IMG/VR virus record: IMGVR_UViG_3300003323_001359
Span: 1-64,000 of that record
Reading direction: 5' to 3' (one strand)
DNA length: 64,000 bases
From: a virus
A program made the position numbers and the translations under genes. Position 1 is the stretch's first letter. Every line of letters begins with the position of its first letter. The notes under the pieces were generated by a model, which ran no database searches, was not told the origin of the DNA, and worked only from the letters and a program-made list of their open reading frames with translations. Positions 55,830-64,000 of this stretch are shown one piece after another.

Positions 55830-55869
55830 GCCGTGATCCTATCAGGTTGTCATCAATCCGCGGACAGGG

Positions 55870-55906
55870 AACGAGCGGGGAACCATGGCCCGGTTCCCCG
55901 CTCGTT
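55870..55906 (-). terminator. Hairpin ending the replication operon
   Basis: AACGAGCGGGGAACC/GGTTCCCCGCTCGTT. Confidence 0.7.
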
Positions 55907-55915
55907 GGCTGCTGG

Positions 55916-56299
55916 CTAGCTCTCGACGGTCGCCCAGTGCCCGTCGTACGCGCTGGCGTGCCGGTCCCGGTTCTTGGCGATCTTGGCTCGCACGGCGTCG
56001 AGGAGACGGCGCTCGCTCACGTCACCCGCGAGCATCAGGTTCAGGAAGAAGATGAGCACGTCCGCGAGCTCACCGACGTACGCGTCCTCGTTGATCTCCG
56101 CGTCGATCGGGTAGGTCGCCCACGGCTTCCACGGCGTCTCGTCGAGAGCCTCGGTCACCTCCTTGATGATCGCGAGAGCCTGCTCGCGGATGTACCGCGC
56201 GACGTCGCGGCCATCCATGTCCTCGAAGTTGTGTCCCATCAGCTCCTGCAGCTCGGCCTGCTCCTTGAGCAGCAGGCCGAGCTCACCGTCAACGCTCAT
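55916..56299 (-). CDS. Dimeric dUTPase/dCTPase-like all-alpha NTP pyrophosphatase
   Basis: KEVTEA...WKPW...ELADVLIF...K..KN..R. Confidence 0.85.
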   Translation of the reverse strand: MSVDGELGLLLKEQAELQELMGHNFEDMDGRDVARYIREQALAIIKEVTEALDETPWKPWATYPIDAEINEDAYVGELADVLIFFLNLMLAGDVSERRLLDAVRAKIAKNRDRHASAYDGHWATVES

Positions 56300-57324
56300 T
56301 CCTTGATCATTCCTTCCAGTTCCGTGAGGTACCGGTCGCGTGACCAGACCTTGACGCGCAGGCAGCTCGCCTGCGCCTCCGCGAGCTCCCGCAGCTCGCT
56401 CGTGGTGAGGGTCTCAACCCCCTGGACGTCGGTGAGGTACGGCGCACCGAGCCGACGTACCTCGTCCTGGTCGGCCAGCAGCACCGATCGGGTCATCGCG
56501 GCGTACACGAACCGGTTGCGCCACCAGCCCGAGCCGGCGACCTTCTTGTAGAGAGGGCTGAGGACGCCCCAGCTGTCGGCGTACATCGCGACCAGGTCCG
56601 CCTCCTGCATCGGCGGCGCGCCCTCCTTCGGGCGGCCGGCCAGGTGCAGGTCCCACGTCATCGGGCCGAGGGACTTGAGCCACGTGGACTGATCGCTGAG
56701 CACTCCAAGCACCCACCGGCGGTGCCGCTCCCCGTCCGTGAGCCGGGGCTCCGGCAGTGGATAGGGCCGCGTGTACGAGGTGGGGTCGAGGAAGAACGAC
56801 CGCTCCGCGGGCAGGTGACCCGACAGCAGCTTGTGGTCGCCCCACGCGAACGCGGGGTAGATCACGGGCGGCCACGGGCGGGTCAGCATCCGCTCGAGGT
56901 GGTGATCCAGGACGCGCTGGCCCTCGGGGCTCACGAGCCACCCGTAGCCGGGCCGCCCCTTGAAGACGGTCTCGCGAGCGAGCCGGCTCGGGAGGCGAGC
57001 GACGGTCATGAGGTTGTCGAGGATGCGGGGGAACTGCCAGTCATCCACGTTGAGGATGACCCGCTTGCCCGCGGCCTCGGCGCGCTCGATGAGGTTGAGG
57101 ACGGGGTAGACGTGGTGACCGGCGATGCTGAGGCACGGGACCTGACCCACGATCAGGACGTCGTGGGTCAGGGCCTCGTCGTCGTCGATCACCACCGGCC
57201 GCTGCGTGACCTCGTGGCCGAGGTCACGCAGCGCCTGAACGTGCATCTCAATGACCGGCTGGTAGCCCTGCTTCGTGGAGCTGCCGCACTGCTGCTGAGA
57301 CGCACCGGTGACGAGGATCCGCAT
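56296..57324 (-). CDS. T4 beta-glucosyltransferase-like DNA glycosyltransferase (GT-B)
   Basis: MRILV...LRDLGHEV...HDVLIV...VILNVDDWQFP and C-terminal WW.NRF..A....VLLAD...LRELAEAQ parallel the recalled T4 BGT layout. Confidence 0.6.
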   Translation of the reverse strand: MRILVTGASQQQCGSSTKQGYQPVIEMHVQALRDLGHEVTQRPVVIDDDEALTHDVLIVGQVPCLSIAGHHVYPVLNLIERAEAAGKRVILNVDDWQFPRILDNLMTVARLPSRLARETVFKGRPGYGWLVSPEGQRVLDHHLERMLTRPWPPVIYPAFAWGDHKLLSGHLPAERSFFLDPTSYTRPYPLPEPRLTDGERHRRWVLGVLSDQSTWLKSLGPMTWDLHLAGRPKEGAPPMQEADLVAMYADSWGVLSPLYKKVAGSGWWRNRFVYAAMTRSVLLADQDEVRRLGAPYLTDVQGVETLTTSELRELAEAQASCLRVKVWSRDRYLTELEGMIKE

Positions 57325-57326
57325 GG

Positions 57327-57899
57327 TCAGAACGGCAGCTCGGGCGCGGGCGCCGTGGGAGCCGGTGCCGCCGCGGCAACCGGCGGGGCCGGGGGCGGTG
57401 CCGGCTGCGTGACCGTCGGCATCGAGGGCGCGCCCGCGCTGGGCGGCACCACGGGCATCGACGTCGGTGCCGGCGACGCGACGGTCGCGGTGCCGTCGAG
57501 CGGCGGCAGCACGCTCTGCACCTCGTTCCGGTCCTGCCCCTGGTACTCCCGGGTGCCGATCTTGATGCGGCACGTGCGTCCGACGAGGGTCGCCGCGACG
57601 TGGTCCAGCGGAGGGTTCGCGGCGAAGAACGCCTCGTCCAGTCCCAGGGCCGCCATGTGCCGGAAGAAGAACGCGAGCGCGTTCGCGCTGTCCGGCGAGA
57701 TGACGAACTGGTTGAAGACCCGTCGGCCCTCGTGCGGCCCGTTCTGGATCTTGAACTGGACCTTGATCATGTCCTTGCCGGTGGAGGACTGGGTGGCCTC
57801 CGCGGTGTCGACGAACGTGTCGTAGACGCCGTTGGGGACCGGCGTGAACGCGGCGTCGCCCGCGGCCTGCTGCAGGTCCTTCCAGTTGATTCCCGCCAT
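57327..57899 (-). CDS. DUF669 ssDNA-binding protein
   Basis: F.PVPNG.Y...SSTG.DMI...GP.EGR...EYQG..RNEV; LPF tail. Confidence 0.8.
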   Translation of the reverse strand: MAGINWKDLQQAAGDAAFTPVPNGVYDTFVDTAEATQSSTGKDMIKVQFKIQNGPHEGRRVFNQFVISPDSANALAFFFRHMAALGLDEAFFAANPPLDHVAATLVGRTCRIKIGTREYQGQDRNEVQSVLPPLDGTATVASPAPTSMPVVPPSAGAPSMPTVTQPAPPPAPPVAAAAPAPTAPAPELPF

Positions 57900-57905
57900 G
57901 CGGTG

Positions 57906-58685
57906 TTACCTCTTCTCGCTCAGGTTGACGGCCAGGTTGGCCGCTGAGGACGTGGTGGGCAGCGTCGCTTCCTCGCCGCGGATGCGAGCGAGGATCTCGC
58001 TGATGTTCGGGCTGTCGATGTAGCTGCTGAGCAGGTGCTCCGGCAGCCGGTGCCCGGTCTCGAAGCCGGGGAAGTTGCCGCAGAACAGCCGTCGGGTCTG
58101 CGTGCCGTCCTCGCTGACGACGACGTCGAGGTAGCAGCAGGCGTCGACGTAGTACGGCAGGGTGGTCGCGAGCGAGCCCTGGATGTGGGGGCCCCACGCG
58201 CCGTCGTTCCGCTGCTTGGCCATCGCGATGAGCAGGACGGCGTCGAGCGGCTTGATCGGGTTGGTGACGAGGTCCCGGAACTTGCGGACGAGGTCGCTGA
58301 CGACCCGCAGCAGCTGACCCCAGTCCTGCACCTTCATGGCGCTGGAGCCAACCATGTCGTCGATGGCGCGCTGCTGGACCTCCGAGATGGAGTCGATGAC
58401 GACGCTGCGGAACGGGTGCTTGCCGCTGTTGAGCCACTCGTAGGCCTTGAGCACGTCCTTGTACTCACGGACCGGCACGAGCGCCGTGTCCCAGCTGCCG
58501 TCGGGAACCGGCGGGGCCTGCGCCTTGGGGTCCCAGATCATCTTGCGGCTGGGGGTCCACCGGCTGCCGGCCTCCGCGTCGAGCACGACGCGGGGCGCCG
58601 GGGTGGTGTCACCGAGCCACGACTTTCCCTTCTTGGAGGCACCGAAGACGATGCAGTTGAAGCCGTAGTGGTTGGTGTCAGCCAC
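57906..58685 (-). CDS. AAA_24/Sak4-like recombination ATPase
   Basis: GASKKGKS, LDAEAG, VVIDSISE, DWG. Confidence 0.85.
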   Translation of the reverse strand: MADTNHYGFNCIVFGASKKGKSWLGDTTPAPRVVLDAEAGSRWTPSRKMIWDPKAQAPPVPDGSWDTALVPVREYKDVLKAYEWLNSGKHPFRSVVIDSISEVQQRAIDDMVGSSAMKVQDWGQLLRVVSDLVRKFRDLVTNPIKPLDAVLLIAMAKQRNDGAWGPHIQGSLATTLPYYVDACCYLDVVVSEDGTQTRRLFCGNFPGFETGHRLPEHLLSSYIDSPNISEILARIRGEEATLPTTSSAANLAVNLSEKR

Positions 58686-59632
58686 TATCCCTCGCTTTCC
58701 GTATCCGTTCCGAGGTCCGCGACCAGGTACCGGATAGTATCGCGTTCGTAGTATTGATAGGGATCCCCGAGCGTGAAGTTCGCGCGAAGCGCGGCGTCCC
58801 ACCGGCTGCCGTCGTCCATGAGCGGGCAGACGCGGCTGAAGGGACAGCCCCAGTCGCAGTAGTCGGTGGCCGTGGGGTAGACCACGGCGTGGTGACTCTC
58901 GCCGGCGTCGAGGCGCTGGTGGGCCTCGAGGATCTCACCGGTGACGGCGAGGACCCGCAGGTAGGTGGCGTTGAGGTCGTGCCGGTTGTAGCTGATCTCC
59001 ACCTGCTGGTAGAACGGCGGCGCGGCGCGGACGGTCCGCTTCGACCGCTTGATCATCGTGTACAGCGCGCCGTCGACGCGGTGCTCCGGGAACCGAAGCG
59101 CGAGAAGCATCGCGTAGAACCGCATCTGCTGGTCGAGCACGAGCCGGTCGGCCTTGCTCAGGGTTCCCACGGTCTTGAAGTCCCGCAGCAGGAGCGCGCC
59201 GTCGGTGCGTCGGCGCACCAGCTGGTCGAGCTTGGCGCGCACCGTGACGGGACCGAGCGCGGTGTCGAGGACGTGCTTGAGCTCGCGCTCCACGTCCACG
59301 GTCTCGAGGTTGACGTCGATCGCCTCGTCGTCGAGCCACTGCACGTAGCCCTCGATCATGGCTCGCGCGAGGTCGAGCTGCTTCTCGAGGTCGAGCGCGA
59401 AGTCGGGGCGGTTCAACGCCTCCATCTCGTAGATCCAACGGAGAGCCTCGAGAGGGTCGATGCCGTAGCCGTACCAGGCCTCGAGCGCGAGGTGGACCCG
59501 CGTGCCGAGGACCGCGACGCCGACGGGTGACGTGTCCTCGAGGCGGGGCTGCCACCGCCAGTGATAGACGAGCGCCCAGTGCCGACGGCACCGCTGAAAC
59601 GACTGCATCTCACTGTTGCTGATCTCGAGCAT
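58685..59632 (-). CDS. PD-(D/E)xK Cas4/RecB-like exonuclease
   Basis: S.S...FQRC.R, GT.VH.ALE, KLD, DFKT, Q..FY, C.W.CPF..VC. Confidence 0.9.
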   Translation of the reverse strand: MLEISNSEMQSFQRCRRHWALVYHWRWQPRLEDTSPVGVAVLGTRVHLALEAWYGYGIDPLEALRWIYEMEALNRPDFALDLEKQLDLARAMIEGYVQWLDDEAIDVNLETVDVERELKHVLDTALGPVTVRAKLDQLVRRRTDGALLLRDFKTVGTLSKADRLVLDQQMRFYAMLLALRFPEHRVDGALYTMIKRSKRTVRAAPPFYQQVEISYNRHDLNATYLRVLAVTGEILEAHQRLDAGESHHAVVYPTATDYCDWGCPFSRVCPLMDDGSRWDAALRANFTLGDPYQYYERDTIRYLVADLGTDTESEG

Positions 59633-61458
59633 CAGCGACCTCCCAGCATCCGTCGCAGGGCCTCAGCGTCCTGCATGACCTGCTCGATCCGCGCGCCCTT
59701 GCGCTCCAGGATGTCCCGCCGTCGCTCCTCCACGGTTCCCGGCGCGATCTGCTCGATGATGTTGATGCCGTTGGGGTGGATCTCGGAGCCGATGCGGTAG
59801 ATCCGATCCTCTCCCTGCGTGTTCCGCAGGGGGCTGAACGACCGCTGCATGAACAGCATGCTGTCGGCCCGGGTCAGGGTCAGACCCTCCGCGCCGGCAC
59901 CGAGCGTGAGCAGCATCACCCGAAGCCGTCCCTCCTGGAAGCGACGCACGTTCTCTCCCCGCTCGAACGGTGACAAGGCACCGGTCACGAGCCCGTGGCT
60001 GATCCTCTCCTTGGTGAGCCGCGCCGCGGCGAGCTCGATGAGCTGCCGGGACTCCGCGGCGACCACGAGCGGCTTGTCCCCGAGCTCGCCGAGAAGGTCG
60101 ACGAGGTCGTCGACCTTGGGTGACGCACCGGTGAGCCGAACCTTGCCGTCCTCACCGATCTCCGCCGCGGCCGCGGCGAACTGCAGCAGCCGCGTGAACT
60201 GCTCGACCGTGGATCGCGCGACGAGGATCTCGTTGAGCTCAGCCAGCATGGTAAGCTCCATCTGCCGGTACGCCCTGGCTTGCTTGGTTCCCATGGGCGT
60301 CTCGCGGTAGACGGTCGGCAGCTTGGGCGGCAGCTGCGGCAGCGCGGCTCGCTTCAGCACGCGACGGAACAGGGGCGTGGTCACGGCCCGGAACTCGGGC
60401 TCGGTGGCCGGGTTGAGGCCGATGATCTCCGTGCCGCCCCAGAGGCCGTACGACTTCTCCGCGTAGCGGTCGAGGTACTTGGTCCGGGTGGGGAACCACT
60501 CGGGAAGCACCGCGTGCAGCAGGCCCCACAGGTCGCCGACGTGGTCGTTGACCGGGGTGCCGGTGAGCACGAATCGGTGCTCCGCGGCGTGAGCCACGGC
60601 GAACGCGGCGAGGGTCTGCTGCGAGGAGGGCACCGTGGTCCGGGTGCCGTCCTCGTTGGTGATGACCCTGCCGCCGACGTGGCAGAGACGGTGAGCCTCG
60701 TCGAAGACGACGGTACGGTGCCCGAGAGCGTTGAGCTCCTTGGGTGTCTTCTGAGCCTCGGTGAGCCGTACCGAGCCGTACGGCGCGAGCCGCGAGTGCA
60801 GCTTGAGCAGGTCGTAGTTGATGACGTACACGTCGGCGGGCGTGGCGAGCTGCTCCCGGCGCTTGGCCATGGAGCCGTCGACGACGACGACCCGCAGCTC
60901 GGGGGCCCAGTCCGCGAGCTCCCGCAGCCAGACGGTGTTCTTGAGGCTGTTGGGGCAGACGATGAGCGCCGGGAACGGGTCGTTGCCGAGCTCGTTGAGC
61001 ACCTGCAGGGTACGGATCACCTGCACGGTCTTTCCGGTCCCCATCTCGTCGTAGAGGCCGGCACGCTTCGCGGTCGCGAGGTACGCCACGCCGGCTCGCT
61101 GGAAGTCCTTGAGGGTCAGGATGTCGTCGGTCTCGACGCGGTCGATGGCCTTGGCGATCGCGGCCCACCGCGGCCAGTTGGAGGTGGGAAGGCTCATCGC
61201 CTCTCGCACCTCCTCGATGGGCTGAAGGAAGTCCCGCCGGAACTCCCAGGCCCACGCGATGAGGCTCTCGTCGAGCTCGAGGTCGCCCTTGAAGACGCCG
61301 CGGAGCTGCAGGCAGGCCGGCCACGTGAGCGGCAGCTGCCACGTGTCGGTCTTCTTGCTCCAGCTGCTGCCGGGGATGACCGAGAGCCGGTCCTTGTCGG
61401 AGAGGTTGGCCTTGACGATGATCCGGTTGAGGTCGTGGTCGACGCGCGCTCTAGCCAC
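59632..61458 (-). CDS. SNF2-family helicase
   Basis: DEMGTGKT, DEAH, LTGTP, GLTLT.A, QGEDRIYRIG. Confidence 0.92.
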   Translation of the reverse strand: MARARVDHDLNRIIVKANLSDKDRLSVIPGSSWSKKTDTWQLPLTWPACLQLRGVFKGDLELDESLIAWAWEFRRDFLQPIEEVREAMSLPTSNWPRWAAIAKAIDRVETDDILTLKDFQRAGVAYLATAKRAGLYDEMGTGKTVQVIRTLQVLNELGNDPFPALIVCPNSLKNTVWLRELADWAPELRVVVVDGSMAKRREQLATPADVYVINYDLLKLHSRLAPYGSVRLTEAQKTPKELNALGHRTVVFDEAHRLCHVGGRVITNEDGTRTTVPSSQQTLAAFAVAHAAEHRFVLTGTPVNDHVGDLWGLLHAVLPEWFPTRTKYLDRYAEKSYGLWGGTEIIGLNPATEPEFRAVTTPLFRRVLKRAALPQLPPKLPTVYRETPMGTKQARAYRQMELTMLAELNEILVARSTVEQFTRLLQFAAAAAEIGEDGKVRLTGASPKVDDLVDLLGELGDKPLVVAAESRQLIELAAARLTKERISHGLVTGALSPFERGENVRRFQEGRLRVMLLTLGAGAEGLTLTRADSMLFMQRSFSPLRNTQGEDRIYRIGSEIHPNGINIIEQIAPGTVEERRRDILERKGARIEQVMQDAEALRRMLGGR

Positions 61459-61963
61459 CGAGTCCCTCGCTCACGAGCTGGCGCAGCATCGCCTGGGGCA
61501 GCAGCCCGTCGCGGAGAAGGTGCGCGAGAAGGTGAGCCGCGGCCGCGTTCGCGTCCCGTCGGCCGGGTGCGTGCCAGCCCAGCTTCCGGAGCTTGTCCCC
61601 GTCCTGACCGAGGTTCCGGGCCGAGCTGGGCATGGGCTTGAGCGTGCGGCACCCGGCGTACCGGGTGACCCACTCAAGGAAGCCGATCACGCGGAGGGCG
61701 CTGCCGTCGTGCTTGACGCGGCTGCCGGTGATGAGGTACTGCTCCCAGCCGATCTCGAGCCGTGGTGCGTGCGCCATCAGCGAGCGGTAGATCTGGCTCT
61801 CGACGTGGTAGGCGTCGTCCTGACCGCTGACGAACGTGCCGTCGCCGGTCCAGACCGCCCAGCCGGTGGACTCACCGGGGTCGACCCACACGATGACGTG
61901 GTCGGCGCTCCCGGCGTCGATGAGACGGTAGAGCACGTCGTGGTTCAGGCTGGCACGGGCCAT
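61451..61963 (-). CDS. RuvC-like Holliday junction resolvase
   Basis: VDPGESTGWA, E, RVIG. Confidence 0.7.
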   Translation of the reverse strand: MARASLNHDVLYRLIDAGSADHVIVWVDPGESTGWAVWTGDGTFVSGQDDAYHVESQIYRSLMAHAPRLEIGWEQYLITGSRVKHDGSALRVIGFLEWVTRYAGCRTLKPMPSSARNLGQDGDKLRKLGWHAPGRRDANAAAAHLLAHLLRDGLLPQAMLRQLVSEGLGG

Positions 61964-61993
61964 GGCTTCCTCCTTCCGTTCATTCCTGAGGTG

Positions 61994-62022
61994 AACCTAT
62001 CAGGTGGCCGATCATTTGTAAA
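61994..62022 (-). promoter_or_regulatory. Promoter TTTACA-N17-TAGGTT
   Basis: Same promoter family; overlaps the palindrome GTAAACCGGTTTAC. Confidence 0.75.
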
Positions 62023-62027
62023 CCGGT

Positions 62028-63905
62028 TTACGTCTTCTTCCACCGCTCGGTGAGGATCGCGGCGTCGCACGTGAGCGGCACCGCGTAGGTGTCGCGGTCG
62101 GTCATGAGCTCGATGATCTGATGCTTGGCGTCCTCCGCGTCGCTGAGGTCCACCTCGAAGATGATCTCGTCGTGCACCGGGAGCAGCATCGCGTCGTCGA
62201 AGCCGCCGTTGGAGCAGGCGACGATGGAGCGCTTCAGGGCGTCCGCGGCCTCCGCCTGCAGGCGGTAGTTGAGGAGCGCGAAGTCGCGGCCGCTGTCGGC
62301 GGGCAGGTAGCGGCCCATGCTGGTCCACGTGGCCGGCTTGCCGTTGGCGCGCTTCTCCGCGGCGGCCTCCCGGTAGATGGCCTTGGCCATGGTCTCGAGG
62401 CCGGGGAACCGCTCGTTGAACGCGTCGTGGATGGGCTTGACCTGCTCGATGGGAAGGCCGATGGAGCGGGCCATGGTGGTGACGCTGGCCCCATAGAGCT
62501 TGGCGTAGGACATGGTCTTCACGGCCTGCCGACGGGGGTCCTTCTTGTCGACGTTCTCTCGGAAGAGCTCGCTGGCGATGGCTGAGTAGAAGTCGCGGCC
62601 GCCTGGGGTGTCGGCCTCCGCGAACGCGTCGATCAGGCCCTGGTCGGCGCTGACCGCGGCCGCGAGGCGCATCTCGATCTGGCTGAAGTCGCACGTGATG
62701 AACGCGCGGCCGGGGCGGGGGATGAACGAGCCGCGGACGATCTTGTCGTCGCGGTGCAGGGTCTGCAGGGCGGGCTCGGTGACGGACATGCGGCCGGTTC
62801 GCGCCTGCATCGTGTTGATCTGTGGGTGAACGACGTCGTTGGCGTCGCACAGCTCGAGGAACTTTTCGAGGTAGCTGCCGATGACCTTCTCGGCGTGGCG
62901 GGCCTCGATGACGGTCTTGGCGAGCTGCCTGGCTCCCTCGGGGACGCCGTCGTAGGCGACGATCGCCTCGAGGGTCTCCTTGTCGAGCTTGGGCTGGCCG
63001 CTGGGCGTGGTCTTGGTGATGGTGAGGCCGACCTGAGCGAAGCCGGCGGCGAGCTGCTTGGCGGACAGGAGGCTCGAGATGCCGAAGCTGTCCTTGAGCC
63101 AGGCGCGGGTCTCGCCGGTGTACCTCTTTAGCCTGGTGATCGCGTCGTTGACGTAGTCGCGGTCGATCATGATGCCGCGGTGGGACATCTCGCCGCAGAT
63201 CCGGGAGGTGGCGAGCTCGAGCTCGTAGATCGGTTGGGACCGCTCGGGAACGGGGTAGGTGCGCTCGAACAGGTGGGCGGTCAGGACGGGGTCGAGCGCG
63301 CCGTAGGCCCAGTACGGTGGGAAGCTGTAGGGCACGGTGGCCCAGGTCCAGCCGTTCTGCTTCATGCCGTCGTGCAGGAGCCGCTCGCCGGCGGTGGCGA
63401 GCTTGTCGATGAGCCTCGCGGACGCGGGCTTGAGGCCCTTCGGCAGGGTGGGGTCGCGGATCGCGAGCAGGGTCATCGTGTCGTGGCCGTTGGCCCACGG
63501 GATGTCGATCTCGCCGCGGTGCTTGAGGAAGCCGTAGTCGAACTTGCGGTGGTGCGCGACGGTGGGTTCCTCGTAGCGGTTCAGCTTCTCGCGGGCGAGG
63601 CCGCCCCAGAGCGGCCAGGGGATCGCCCACCCCGTGCCGGTGTCACCGACCTGGATGAGCCGTAGGTCGTCGGTGTGGTGGCTGAGGCCGCTGGTCTCGG
63701 TGTCGAACGCGAGGATGGGCCGGCGCTCACCGAGCCAGCGGGAGAACTCGAGCGCGTCATCCAGGGTCTCCACGAGCTTGAGCTGCACGTGGTCGAGGGG
63801 GCTGCCGCCGGTTCGCGCGGGCGATCGCTCGGGAACCGCTACCGCGGTCTCGGTGGCGGCCGCGGGAACGATCGCCGGTGGCTCGTAGACCTCAAGCTCG
63901 GTCAC
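62028..63905 (-). CDS. polA: Family A DNA polymerase with 3'-5' exonuclease
   Basis: FDTETSG, TGRMS..P.LQ, DFSQIEMR, R...K..Y..LYG, VHDEI. Confidence 0.95.
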   Translation of the reverse strand: MTELEVYEPPAIVPAAATETAVAVPERSPARTGGSPLDHVQLKLVETLDDALEFSRWLGERRPILAFDTETSGLSHHTDDLRLIQVGDTGTGWAIPWPLWGGLAREKLNRYEEPTVAHHRKFDYGFLKHRGEIDIPWANGHDTMTLLAIRDPTLPKGLKPASARLIDKLATAGERLLHDGMKQNGWTWATVPYSFPPYWAYGALDPVLTAHLFERTYPVPERSQPIYELELATSRICGEMSHRGIMIDRDYVNDAITRLKRYTGETRAWLKDSFGISSLLSAKQLAAGFAQVGLTITKTTPSGQPKLDKETLEAIVAYDGVPEGARQLAKTVIEARHAEKVIGSYLEKFLELCDANDVVHPQINTMQARTGRMSVTEPALQTLHRDDKIVRGSFIPRPGRAFITCDFSQIEMRLAAAVSADQGLIDAFAEADTPGGRDFYSAIASELFRENVDKKDPRRQAVKTMSYAKLYGASVTTMARSIGLPIEQVKPIHDAFNERFPGLETMAKAIYREAAAEKRANGKPATWTSMGRYLPADSGRDFALLNYRLQAEAADALKRSIVACSNGGFDDAMLLPVHDEIIFEVDLSDAEDAKHQIIELMTDRDTYAVPLTCDAAILTERWKKT

Positions 63906-64000
63906 AGCTCCTCCACGTGCTTGGCTCGCGTGACCGTGAGGCCACAGGTTCGTAGGTACGTCTCAACCGTTGTCGGGTCGCGGTGAGCGTCGTTGGGTCC

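Overview
High-GC (about 70%) tailed (siphovirus-like) phage of an actinobacterium. Rpf, Spd/DUF2637-like and BASS-like features suggest a filamentous actinomycete host (inference). Layout: 1-8.9 kb, mostly leftward small early genes plus a dense GTGYCA repeat field at the left edge. 9.0-13.2 kb, an RNA module: 6 tRNAs interleaved with five Y-RNA-like ncRNAs sharing one scaffold and several permuted or partial tRNA mimics, followed by a Ro60/TROVE gene and a PNKP-type HAD phosphatase. 13.2-50.6 kb, rightward late genes: LysM-Rpf, terminase, portal-Nudix-ParB fusion, protease/scaffold, capsid, a glycosylation cassette, a His/Arg protamine-like gene, tail and lysis. 50.7-64 kb, leftward genes: ADP-ribosyltransferase, DUF932, C5-methyltransferase, dNTP pyrophosphatase, T4-BGT-like glycosyltransferase, SSB, Sak4-like ATPase, exonuclease, SNF2 helicase, resolvase and PolA. 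No integrase or CRISPR array was seen. The strongest candidate for a novel system is the Ro60 plus modular Y-RNA/tRNA-decoy array. Secondary candidates are a phage BASS-like amyloid-motif protein, a TET-less methyltransferase plus BGT-like DNA modification locus, the repeat-laden Spd-like locus and the protamine-like gene. All assignments come from motif recognition by eye; no searches were run.
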